Positions 28,182 through 36,675 are shown, counted from the first letter of the stretch. The stretch: DNA of 37,866 nucleotides from Promethearchaeota archaeon (GCA_008080735.1 SHMW01000038.1:1-37866), one strand, 5' to 3'. Program-made: numbers and translations. Notes: a model not told the origin generated them from the letters alone.

Positions 28182-29339
28182 CTATTCCTCAGCCATTAGG
28201 TATAGTGATGGACCTTCTTTTTTTTTCTTTCGAGGGGTTCGAAAATGTCGTGTGATACCAGCATCAAAATCAGTTTCCATAAATTCGGGAACATATTTAT
28301 TCATTGTCCGTTCAGTAAGATCCCACTCAATTTGATCGGTTATTCCCACGAAGTTCGTGTATCTCGCATATCCATAGCAATAGGCATAAGCTCCCGCAAT
28401 TAGTTTTTGTTTTCTATCCCATTGGGAAAACTTTACATATAATTCCTTTTGTGCGTTTTTCGCGTAATTATTATATGCATCTAAAACATCTAAGTCCATA
28501 GGTAATATTTTATCCCCCTCTCGTCGCAGTAACGCAACTCCGGTTATCCGCTCGGTAAACGTTTTCGGTTCGGTGTCCATAGTCGCAAAATTATCAAATT
28601 CTGCCTTTACATTCTTCAATCGAAACGCAAACGCAATATTGGAGTGCGGTGCTGTTGCTTTTGTCTCTGACCATGGAAAATGTGGTTTACCTCCATCATA
28701 TAAATGCATAATTTCTCTAAACACTAGAATTTCATCCTCATTAATTTGATATGGTCCATGATCACACAGTTTCGCTCGAGCCTCACATTCATCCAAAAAT
28801 GCAATTACTTCGATGTTTGCCATCACTCTCTTAATCTTTTTAACCTCTTCGGTTTCAATCTCTTGGAGTTGATCCAGAGTCCAATTAATATCCTTTTGAT
28901 CAATAGCGGGATATTTTCCACCTAAATCACTTACAAATAGTTCATTATCAGGATAATAGGAAGAGGCAAGCCTTTTCCAGAAATCAAGCACAAAAAGGGT
29001 TTCTTCCCTTTTTTCTTGGCTTACCTTCTTTGGATCTCCGCCCATTCGATGGATCTCTCCCATCCTCCCCTCCATATAATATAAAGGAATATAGTTTATT
29101 GTTAAAGAATTTAATTCAGACAAAATTTTCCTACTTGCTTTTCCCATATTTTCGGGAGTTGTTTTTTCTGCGACTTTCTTTAAAATATTATATAGCATAT
29201 CATAGGCATTATAAAAGGACACGCATATATAGGCAGTAACAGGGAATAATTGGGACTCCAACAATCCTCGTTTGTTAATCTGAGCGTCTAATGTCTCAGA
29301 AATATGTGCAATTAACTCGTTAGCTTCTTTTACATTCAT
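28182..29339 (-). CDS. Hypothetical soluble protein (385 aa); candidate substrate-binding subunit of a split dikinase
   Basis: Long intact ORF with no TM segment and no motif I can name; 3 nt from the next gene and divergent from the PEP-utilizer genes. Confidence 0.6.
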   Translation of the reverse strand: MNVKEANELIAHISETLDAQINKRGLLESQLFPVTAYICVSFYNAYDMLYNILKKVAEKTTPENMGKASRKILSELNSLTINYIPLYYMEGRMGEIHRMGGDPKKVSQEKREETLFVLDFWKRLASSYYPDNELFVSDLGGKYPAIDQKDINWTLDQLQEIETEEVKKIKRVMANIEVIAFLDECEARAKLCDHGPYQINEDEILVFREIMHLYDGGKPHFPWSETKATAPHSNIAFAFRLKNVKAEFDNFATMDTEPKTFTERITGVALLRREGDKILPMDLDVLDAYNNYAKNAQKELYVKFSQWDRKQKLIAGAYAYCYGYARYTNFVGITDQIEWDLTERTMNKYVPEFMETDFDAGITRHFRTPRKKKKEGPSLYLMAEE

Positions 29340-29454
29340 AATGATAAAGTGAATAAATTTTAATTCTAATAAAATCTTACTAATGTTAACTGGTTGCTAA
29401 GTTTTACCGAAGCATATTATAAAATCACAAAAAAATTGGAATTTAGGAAATTTT

Positions 29455-29808
29455 ATGAAGATCTTAGGGAAGGGATTATCTTGCTCCTCTAAGGAAGTGG
29501 CTACGGGTGAACTAGTATATATTAAAAATGTGCAGGATGTAATCGCTTTATTTGATAATGCTCAAGGAAAAATCTGTTTAGTTGAAGATGCGGGAACCAC
29601 CACATTAGGACCGATCTTGTCTGATATCGAGGGAGTAGTGTGTACGACTGGTGGTCCGGGGTCTCATCTTGCGATTGTTTCACGGGAGTTTGACATCCCA
29701 TGTATTATGGCGATTAATATCAAATCCGAAAACCTTCCTAAATTAGATGGATTGCAAGCTAAAATAATAACCAAAAATGAAGACGATGGAATATTAGCCT
29801 CTTTATAG
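29455..29808 (+). CDS. Stand-alone PEP-utilizing enzyme mobile (swivel phospho-His) domain
   Basis: G-x-G-x-S...ATG, GVVCTTGGPGSHLAIVSREFDIPCI with His71; the ORF ends after the domain. Confidence 0.9.
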   Translation: MKILGKGLSCSSKEVATGELVYIKNVQDVIALFDNAQGKICLVEDAGTTTLGPILSDIEGVVCTTGGPGSHLAIVSREFDIPCIMAINIKSENLPKLDGLQAKIITKNEDDGILASL

Positions 29809-29847
29809 TAAAAAAACATATAAAATTAAAGAAAAACCTCATGATCT

Positions 29848-30819
29848 ATGAAATACATTCGACAATTCTATGAGAATCTTCATGATATTACACTTTTAGG
29901 TGGGAAAGGTTTAAATCTGGTTAAATTATTCAACGAAAATTTTAATGTCCCACCAGGATTTATTTTAACAACTAAAGCTCAGAAAGACTTTATGAATAAT
30001 TCTGAGCATAAAGAGAAATTATTTAGCTTGATTTCAAAAGACATCCAGCTGGGGAATCTCCTGTCCGACTCGGAGAAAATTCAGAACTTAATTTTAGATT
30101 CTACAATTCCAGTTGAAATATTAAATGAAATAAAAAATGCATATATTTCCTTAAAGAGACACCTAAAGCGAGGTAAAAGATATGCTGTAAGGTCGTCGGC
30201 GACTATAGAAGATTCTCAAATAGCTTCTTTTGCGGGCCAAGCAGATACCTATCTCTTTCGAGAAAGCCTCGAAGAAATTATATATTCAATTAAAAAATGT
30301 TGGACATCTCTTTATTCTCCACGTTCAATCTTATATATCACTCAATTGAATAAAATGGGCAAGAATATATCTCTTGATCAAGTATATATGGCGGTTGTTG
30401 TCCAAGAAATGATTCACTCGGACATTTCGGGAGTTCTCTTTACAGCAAATGTGTTGAATAATAATCGAGATCAAATTCTTATTAATTCTTGTTGGGGGTT
30501 GGGGGAAGCTTTAGCAAATAATATTGTCATCCCCGATACCATTATCTTGGATAAGGATTCTTCTCAAGTAGTGCGGCAGATTATTGGAAAAAAGGAAAAA
30601 ATGGTGGTTCCAGATATGGAACATTCTTGTACTAAAATTACCGAAACAAGAAAAAATCAAAGAAAAAATATTTGCATCAGCCAAGACCAAATTAAAAATC
30701 TTCATCGTTGTGCTGTAGATATCGAATCTTTATATGAGTACCCCCAAGATATCGAATGGGCGATTAAAGATAACGAAATTTTTATCTTACAGACTCGACC
30801 TATCACTACATTAAATTAA
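29848..30819 (+). CDS. Stand-alone PPDK/PEP-synthase N-terminal ATP-grasp domain
   Basis: GGKG-x-NL, VPPGF, AVRSSA-x-x-ED...SFAGQ, MAVVVQEM, SGVLFT, WGLGE, PQDIEWA and LQTRPIT; stop immediately after the domain. Confidence 0.92.
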   Translation: MKYIRQFYENLHDITLLGGKGLNLVKLFNENFNVPPGFILTTKAQKDFMNNSEHKEKLFSLISKDIQLGNLLSDSEKIQNLILDSTIPVEILNEIKNAYISLKRHLKRGKRYAVRSSATIEDSQIASFAGQADTYLFRESLEEIIYSIKKCWTSLYSPRSILYITQLNKMGKNISLDQVYMAVVVQEMIHSDISGVLFTANVLNNNRDQILINSCWGLGEALANNIVIPDTIILDKDSSQVVRQIIGKKEKMVVPDMEHSCTKITETRKNQRKNICISQDQIKNLHRCAVDIESLYEYPQDIEWAIKDNEIFILQTRPITTLN

Positions 30820-30867
30820 TACCTACACGATGAGAAAAGAAAAGGATTGGGTGATAAGCTGAGAATT

Positions 30868-31323
30868 TTAAGGCTTTAAAAACGCCTTTTTTCCGAGGAA
30901 TATAAATAATTCTCCTAATTCAAAAAGAGTAAGCGGTTGGATAAGCATTGCCATCTTATTTCTTAGTTCTTGTTTGTCTAACCCTGCTGTAATTAACTTT
31001 TCTATGTCTTGAATGTAATCTTCCATATTTAAAAACAGGATCTCAATTTTTGCAACACCCGTCAGTTCTTCAATATCTTTATCCAAATGCTCTTCAATTT
31101 GGTTTAAAAGACCGATTTTCACTTTAGGTATTAGTTCATATTTTTTAATTAACCGATTGATCTCTTCCAATATAATATTTAAGGATAAATTCCAATCTGC
31201 TGTTTCCTTATATTTCGGGATTAAAATCTCGCTTATCATTATTTCATAAAGCGTTTTTGGAGCTTTTTCGTCAAATTCTACTTCTGTTCCGGTACTCAAT
31301 TCTAATTTTGTAGTTTCAGCCAT
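30868..31323 (-). CDS. Hypothetical helical protein
   Basis: 151-aa ORF filling the gap between neighbours, with typical composition and no recognisable motif. Confidence 0.6.
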   Translation of the reverse strand: MAETTKLELSTGTEVEFDEKAPKTLYEIMISEILIPKYKETADWNLSLNIILEEINRLIKKYELIPKVKIGLLNQIEEHLDKDIEELTGVAKIEILFLNMEDYIQDIEKLITAGLDKQELRNKMAMLIQPLTLFELGELFIFLGKKAFLKP

Positions 31324-31431
31324 CTTTACTCGTTAAATAAGGATTAAATTCGATTTCTATTCTACTTAATAATTAATCGATTTCGCAATAAAAAATGTTT
31401 TCATTAAAAATAGTATGACGAAGCTAATAAA

Positions 31432-32568
31432 TTAATAATAAAATTTTTCCGTCTCTGTTAGCGATTGAAATCCGTTCTCACGGATTACTATAAGATCTTC
31501 CGTCCTCGCCCCTCCCAAACCTGGTATATATAATCCGGGCTCCACTGTGACACACATCCCTTCCCTAAGAGTTTCATCTGATATCGGAGAGAGATATGGA
31601 TTTTCATGAATATCTATACCAACTCCGTGACCTAAACTGTGAATGAAACGAGATCCCCATTCTTGGTTTTCTTCTTCAAAAAATTTGCGAACGATGGAAT
31701 CCATTTCCGAGCCCTTTTTCCCTGCTTTGATATGTTCTAATCCACATTTTTGACCTTCGTTTACCAAATTTACCAATTCTTTTTTATTATTTTCTTTATC
31801 TGAATTATCGGGTTCAAAAATGAACGTTCTCGTCATATCAGAACAATAACCGTTATATTTCGCTCCAATATCCACGATTATAATATCCCCTTTTTCAACT
31901 TTCTTATCTGAAGTTTTTGCATGCGGGTAGGCTGAACGCTTACCAGAAGCAACAATCGTATCAAATGACGTACCATCTGCGCCAGCCTTTCTCATCTCAA
32001 ATTCTGCAATGGCGGCTAATTCCTTTTCGCTTCTTCCCTCCTCAATACTCTCGTATATCGCTTCAAATCCTTTTATTCCCAGCTCTGCGGCTTTCTTCAT
32101 TCGCTCAATTTCTTGCTCAGTTTTTAAAACCCTTGAATCATCAAGGATTTCAGAGGCGCCGATAAATTCTATTTTATTGTATTTTTCTTTCCACGTCTTA
32201 TATTTTTTCACGTTCACGTAAGCATCTTCGAAACCTAATGTGGAGAGGTTGAGATCTTTAATTTCTTTTTCAATAAAGTGTTCTTGCCCTTGCGGATGTC
32301 TTATCAATTCAAACTCTTCGGCAAATTTCGGAGTTGATTCGATTCTTTCCTTCACTTGATCATATTCCAATGCGCTTAAAAAGACTTTGCTCTTTTGGGA
32401 TACTTCTTGTGCAATTGGTGAAGGGATTAGTATGGTAGTATCGCTCTCAATCCGAAAACCCAATAGATATATTATGCTTTCATGCTTCGTAACTAAGAGA
32501 GCGTCGATCTCATCAAATTTATCATGGGATTTCACTTTCTTCAATATTTCAACACTCATTATGTTCAT
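31432..32568 (-). CDS. pepQ: Xaa-Pro peptidase (M24B, prolidase/aminopeptidase P)
   Basis: PHA, DIGAKYNGYCSDMTRT, HSLGHGVG-x-x-IHE, TVEPGLY and GG-x-R-x-ED. Confidence 0.92.
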   Translation of the reverse strand: MNIMSVEILKKVKSHDKFDEIDALLVTKHESIIYLLGFRIESDTTILIPSPIAQEVSQKSKVFLSALEYDQVKERIESTPKFAEEFELIRHPQGQEHFIEKEIKDLNLSTLGFEDAYVNVKKYKTWKEKYNKIEFIGASEILDDSRVLKTEQEIERMKKAAELGIKGFEAIYESIEEGRSEKELAAIAEFEMRKAGADGTSFDTIVASGKRSAYPHAKTSDKKVEKGDIIIVDIGAKYNGYCSDMTRTFIFEPDNSDKENNKKELVNLVNEGQKCGLEHIKAGKKGSEMDSIVRKFFEEENQEWGSRFIHSLGHGVGIDIHENPYLSPISDETLREGMCVTVEPGLYIPGLGGARTEDLIVIRENGFQSLTETEKFYY

Positions 32569-32778
32569 ATTAAAAAATATTAGAAAAAATTTATGCTTTC
32601 TCTCTAATATTTATGATCTATTCATTCTCGAAAAATTAGAACTCAATCAATCTAATATCATTTTAAATTCAATTATATATCAAATTGCTCAAGATTCTGG
32701 AAATCTTAGATGATTAAAATTAATAAACCCCATCTTATTTAATAATTCTGCTTTCCATAAAAGGTAAAGAAAGAGAAA

Positions 32779-32955
32779 AGGGAATATCGGAACCCATGAC
32801 GCTAAAAATTTAAAAAAAGAGGAGACGTATTTATCTAATAACAGGGTTAAGGGTTGAGGTATTAAGCCGATCTGTATCGACTTTAGGTTTTCTCAGAACT
32901 TTGGATGCCAAACTTCTCATAAGAATATATTTTATCATGGTTTTCCGATTTCCTT
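32779..32955. repeat. Imperfect long-range inverted repeat enclosing a small ORF
   Basis: agggaatatcggaacccatga (32779-32799) can pair with tcatggttttccgatttcctt (32935-32955): about 18 Watson-Crick pairs with two single-base bulges. Confidence 0.6.
32831..32938 (-). CDS. Candidate 35-aa small protein MIKYILMRSLASKVLRKPKVDTDRLNTSTLNPVIR
   Basis: ATG at 32938 (alternative ATG at 32920) to TAA at 32831; TATA-like box upstream and pyrimidine/T-rich tracts downstream; below the ORF-track size cutoff. Confidence 0.45.
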   Translation of the reverse strand: MIKYILMRSLASKVLRKPKVDTDRLNTSTLNPVIR

Positions 32956-32978
32956 ATTTAATTAAATGGAAACCTTCC

Positions 32979-32999
32979 TATATAAATCCTATCTTTTCC
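32979..32999 (-). promoter_or_regulatory. Archaeal BRE/TATA-like promoter for the small-ORF unit
   Basis: Minus strand reads ggaaaagatagga-TTTATATA, 40 nt upstream of the ATG at 32938. Confidence 0.45.
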
Positions 33000-33387
33000 T
33001 ATGAATAAAAGGAAAATCTAATTTAGAGATGGCAGAGAAGATTTAAAGTATATATATCTCGATAATGATATATTTAGGGATCTAAGCTGCGGAGGAATCT
33101 ATTTAGTTCGATAAAACACTTGAAAGGTCTAAAAAACGGACATTTTCAATTTTAGAATATTCTCTTCTTTACATTTATGTCAACTAAAAATCGCCTCTTT
33201 TCAATGGTTTTCTCTTATTTCATCCATAAAAGTCAAAGTTGATAGTTTTTGAATTATTCTTTTAATAATATTTTTGAAATTAATTGATGATTTTTCAGAG
33301 AGAATAATTTAATTTTTTAATGAGGCCCCATCCTCAAATAAGTAATTACTATGTATAAAAAATTGATTCAGATGGAACTTTTAGCAT

Positions 33388-34284
33388 TTATTTTTCAAAA
33401 TATTTAGCATAACCTTTTTTTATGTATTTCCTATTTATCCCGATATCCTTATCCTCAGCAATCCGATAAAGCGCATCAAGTATTATTGAAGGTCCATATA
33501 CGTCCCCAAATTGTTCAAATATTAGTTTTAATAACTTCTTATCTCGGAATGATTTAAAACTGCAATTATTTTCCACAGAACATCTCCTAAAAATCTTAAA
33601 TCGTTTCTGACAATTCTTGCATTTTCGTTTTCCAATTTTTTCAAGGAACATATCTAAGCGCTCTATTAGACTATTCACCGCACTCTGGTCGTAAAATCGA
33701 CCAATCTTGAACCTATAGTCAATGCATAAGAGGTCCCAACTAGGAATAGGCATATAATTCACATCTCTAATAAAATAATATCCAAAGGTGTCTTTGTAAA
33801 TGTCCCTTGGTTTCTTTTCTGAAGGAGAGAAATGAAGAGCATAGGGAGTGGTCACAGCGTATTTATTGGTGTATTCATTCACATTTACATAATACACTCG
33901 CCCACCATATAAACTATGGAGAATATTTTCTACGGGACTGATTCGCATATCCCTTCTATTTTCAGGATATTTACTGGCTCCGACCGCATTTCCTTTGCCA
34001 TTTAATATCCAGAGCACGTAAACCCCTTTTTTGTTGTAATCAATAGTCCTATCCATTACCTCCTTTACAGAGATGTAAGAGTTTTGGATTTCGACCGCGA
34101 CTTCCTCTCCCGAATGGAGCTTGAAATATACATCGGCCCTTCTTGAACCAAAATGTTTTTCCAGACTGCTTTCTTTGATATTCGAGCAATTTTTCGTGAT
34201 ATATTTGAAAATGAGTCGTTTGATAGCTTTATGCATAAACGATTCGGAACTATTCCCAGCATAGAGGCATAAATACATCTTCAT
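33388..34284 (-). CDS. CoiA-like PD-(D/E)xK nuclease family protein
   Basis: ES-x-x-H-x-x-x-K, RRADV, VAVEIQ-x-S and RT-x-x-Y-x-x-x-G-x-x-VLWIL; C-terminal CKNC...C...C. Confidence 0.7.
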   Translation of the reverse strand: MKMYLCLYAGNSSESFMHKAIKRLIFKYITKNCSNIKESSLEKHFGSRRADVYFKLHSGEEVAVEIQNSYISVKEVMDRTIDYNKKGVYVLWILNGKGNAVGASKYPENRRDMRISPVENILHSLYGGRVYYVNVNEYTNKYAVTTPYALHFSPSEKKPRDIYKDTFGYYFIRDVNYMPIPSWDLLCIDYRFKIGRFYDQSAVNSLIERLDMFLEKIGKRKCKNCQKRFKIFRRCSVENNCSFKSFRDKKLLKLIFEQFGDVYGPSIILDALYRIAEDKDIGINRKYIKKGYAKYFEK

Positions 34285-34534
34285 TTTAGAGGATTATAGT
34301 TATCATTTAAATTATCACGGGTGTGTTGATTTTTAGTTTATTAGATAAATTTATATCCTATATCACCAAATTTTACCAAATGGTAGCTAATAAAAATCTA
34401 AAAATGCAAACTATATATTTAGTCTTTCAGAATACAAATTATTGCATTTAAGCTATCTAAATAAATATTGAGAAAATAAAATAGCATCGAGAGTGAACAA
34501 AATGGGTGGAACTGGTAATATAATTAATTGGTTT

Positions 34535-34885
34535 ATGGCTTTAGAAATCTTTGAAATAATTATTATCGTTGTGGCGTTTATTATTATTACACTAATAATC
34601 GAAACAATCTTTTTATATATGGCATTAAAAGTAGCGAATGCGCGTAATACAGATTTCGGAGATGTATTTGTCACAGCTTTGGTAATGGCTTTAGTGGGGT
34701 GGATTCCAATTCTTGGCTGCATTTTACATTGGATAATAATCTCAAGCCGTCACGACACCGGATTTATCACTGCGATAGGAGTATGGATATTTGCTGGATT
34801 ACTTCCTATAATCGTGGCAATCTTCGTTATTGCGTTGGTATTGTTACCCATATTGGCGGTATCGTTGCCCGCAGCAATATTTTAA
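34535..34885 (+). CDS. Small membrane protein (3-4 TM)
   Basis: Hydrophobic ORF with a WIPILG hairpin; ATG at 34535 (MALEIF) preferred over the upstream GTG. Confidence 0.7.
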   Translation: MALEIFEIIIIVVAFIIITLIIETIFLYMALKVANARNTDFGDVFVTALVMALVGWIPILGCILHWIIISSRHDTGFITAIGVWIFAGLLPIIVAIFVIALVLLPILAVSLPAAIF

Positions 34886-34963
34886 ATAATTTTTTCCAAT
34901 TCTTAATTTTTCTTTCTTTTTTTCTTTTTATAATTAGAACCATTGAATAAGCTTATTCTATCC

Positions 34964-35608
34964 TTATTCTTCTGCCGATCGAACTAAGTTAACCTGTTTG
35001 AAAAGATTTGGGAGATTATTTTCCTCACAATAACGGAAAATATCCTGAAAACCAGGGCACACTTCCCACTGCAAATGATATTCACATTCACGACAAGTGG
35101 CGTATAATCCATAGGAATGATATGCATTAACTAAACCAAACAAAATACTAAATAATCCGATAAATAATAACAGATTAAAGATAAATGAACTAGTAATGCT
35201 CCAAGCCCACCAAAATAAAAATGCTCCTCCGATATTGAATAAGATCTTTTGCCCTATTTTAATAGGTTTATGTCTAGTCAATTTTAATGGACTTAATATA
35301 AAACTTGTCATAAAGCCAACTCCCATCCAAAATAAAAAAGTGGGATCAATCTCGTATAAGTTCAGTAGGAAATAGAGAACTACTATACTGATAATTGCGA
35401 CTGGATATCCGATAAAACAACCAATACAGAACCTATATTTTCTTATTCTAAATATATGTTTTTCAAATCTTTGACAGTCGGGATGATGAGACAAGAATAG
35501 CGGCTTTAGACTTCTTACATAAGCCCAACTTCTCGAAAAAATATTTGTCCCATAGTGTTCAATATCGTTTTTTGCAGAACTAGAGTTTTTAGTAGGAATG
35601 TTTTTCAC
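34964..35608 (-). CDS. Cys/His-rich membrane protein (DUF2085-like)
   Basis: LSHHPDC...H...FCIGC before about 4 TM helices, and CREC...W-x-x-CPG after them. Confidence 0.65.
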   Translation of the reverse strand: MKNIPTKNSSSAKNDIEHYGTNIFSRSWAYVRSLKPLFLSHHPDCQRFEKHIFRIRKYRFCIGCFIGYPVAIISIVVLYFLLNLYEIDPTFLFWMGVGFMTSFILSPLKLTRHKPIKIGQKILFNIGGAFLFWWAWSITSSFIFNLLLFIGLFSILFGLVNAYHSYGLYATCRECEYHLQWEVCPGFQDIFRYCEENNLPNLFKQVNLVRSAEE

Positions 35609-35853
35609 ATAACGGTTTATAATTAGTAGATCTTTTTTCCTAATTTAAAATGCTTGTTTTTAATAATTTAATATTTCGACTTAGGATTAAAACTACTTTT
35701 GAAAATAATTTTGAGCAATCTATATAAAAGTCATCTTGATGAAGAACACGTTTCTCATGATCTTTTACTAAAAAATATTAAAAATTCAATAAATTGCCTA
35801 TCTGTTTTATATTAAATAGATTCGAAAATTATGTTTTTTGAGGTGAGGAAAAG

Positions 35854-36675
35854 ATAACTGATTCACATAATAAGAGTTTTTTTGGTCAAGCTACAGGTCT
35901 GATTCTGCAAAGCTCTTCGAAAACAGACTCTTTCATATTTTTTCAATGCATCAAACGTAAACCAAATGGAAAATGGGAAAAACCTTCAAAAGGGGAAGGA
36001 AAAAACATTAAATGCTCTATGGAAGAAATTGTTATGATTTTACAAGTGTTAAATCGGGATGAGGATTCTTGGGCCACCTATCATAGCTATAATGACTCCA
36101 ACACCCAAATCTCATTCAATTGGGATCCAAATGATAAAAAGAAAATATGGGTGCATATTGGAGAATATTCGAAAATGCTTGATATTGCCCAAATAGAGAT
36201 TTTACGTTTATTGCTTACCCATATTCTGAAAGAAAAGATTGAATTTGCGACCTCCTCTAATGGTTCTGGCTCATCAGGAAATAGTTCCTATTCTCCAAAA
36301 TCCGCAGATGAGCAGTGGAATAACAAGGAAGTCCAATCCCCTCAAATAAAACAATCTTCTCAAAGTGATTCGATCCCAAAAAGAATGGTGGATTTAAGAG
36401 TGGAAGAATCGATAGAATCGATAAATTTACCCAAAAGCAGAAGAAATAAAGTTCAGAAAATGGATGAACCCATCGAGAGTGAAAAATTGACAAAGGTTAT
36501 GGGAATTATTAAACGGGAAACGAAAAAAGCATTGCTCATCCAGTTCAGATCAGGAAATGAGATTTGGATACCAAAATCTAGTATTAAATCACAATATATT
36601 TCAAATAATGAGATATCTCAAACATTTCTAATTGACACATGGGTTCTGGCTAAAAATGAAGTTGTATCGGGATAA
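35854..36675 (+). CDS. Two-domain hypothetical protein (Whirly-like N-domain, Ser-rich linker, small beta domain); probable ATA start
   Basis: Frame is open from 35842. GAGGTGAGG (35840-35848) lies 5 nt before ATA at 35854, adding 55 codons (TDSHNKSFFGQATG...WEKPSKGEGK) to the ORF called at 36019. Confidence 0.7.
   Translation: MTDSHNKSFFGQATGLILQSSSKTDSFIFFQCIKRKPNGKWEKPSKGEGKNIKCSMEEIVMILQVLNRDEDSWATYHSYNDSNTQISFNWDPNDKKKIWVHIGEYSKMLDIAQIEILRLLLTHILKEKIEFATSSNGSGSSGNSSYSPKSADEQWNNKEVQSPQIKQSSQSDSIPKRMVDLRVEESIESINLPKSRRNKVQKMDEPIESEKLTKVMGIIKRETKKALLIQFRSGNEIWIPKSSIKSQYISNNEISQTFLIDTWVLAKNEVVSG

Noticed and set aside
29455-30819. Frameshifted or decayed ppsA pseudogene
   Set aside because: The domain order is reversed relative to PEP synthase (His domain first). 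Both ORFs have clean starts, end at domain boundaries and keep their catalytic motifs, and no remnant of a pyruvate-binding barrel follows.
32842-32860. Telomere-like agggtta/agggttg repeat
   Set aside because: Only two imperfect units, lying inside the candidate small ORF; consistent with chance.
32570-33387. tRNA, SRP RNA, RNase P RNA or CRISPR array in the largest intergenic gap
   Set aside because: No cloverleaf/T-loop, SRP helix-8 motif, RNase P conserved regions or repeat-spacer periodicity visible by eye. A covariance-model search would be needed to exclude other ncRNAs.
33388-34284. Mobile element or restriction system around the CoiA-like nuclease
   Set aside because: No methyltransferase, integrase, transposase or terminal repeats were found flanking it.
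1062-36493. Short overlapping ORFs in the track (e.g. 1062-1373, 7386-7748, 8992-9384, 13246-13590, 17874-18155, 32387-32713, 34453-34722)
   Set aside because: They are antisense or alternate-frame shadows of well-supported genes and carry no motifs of their own.
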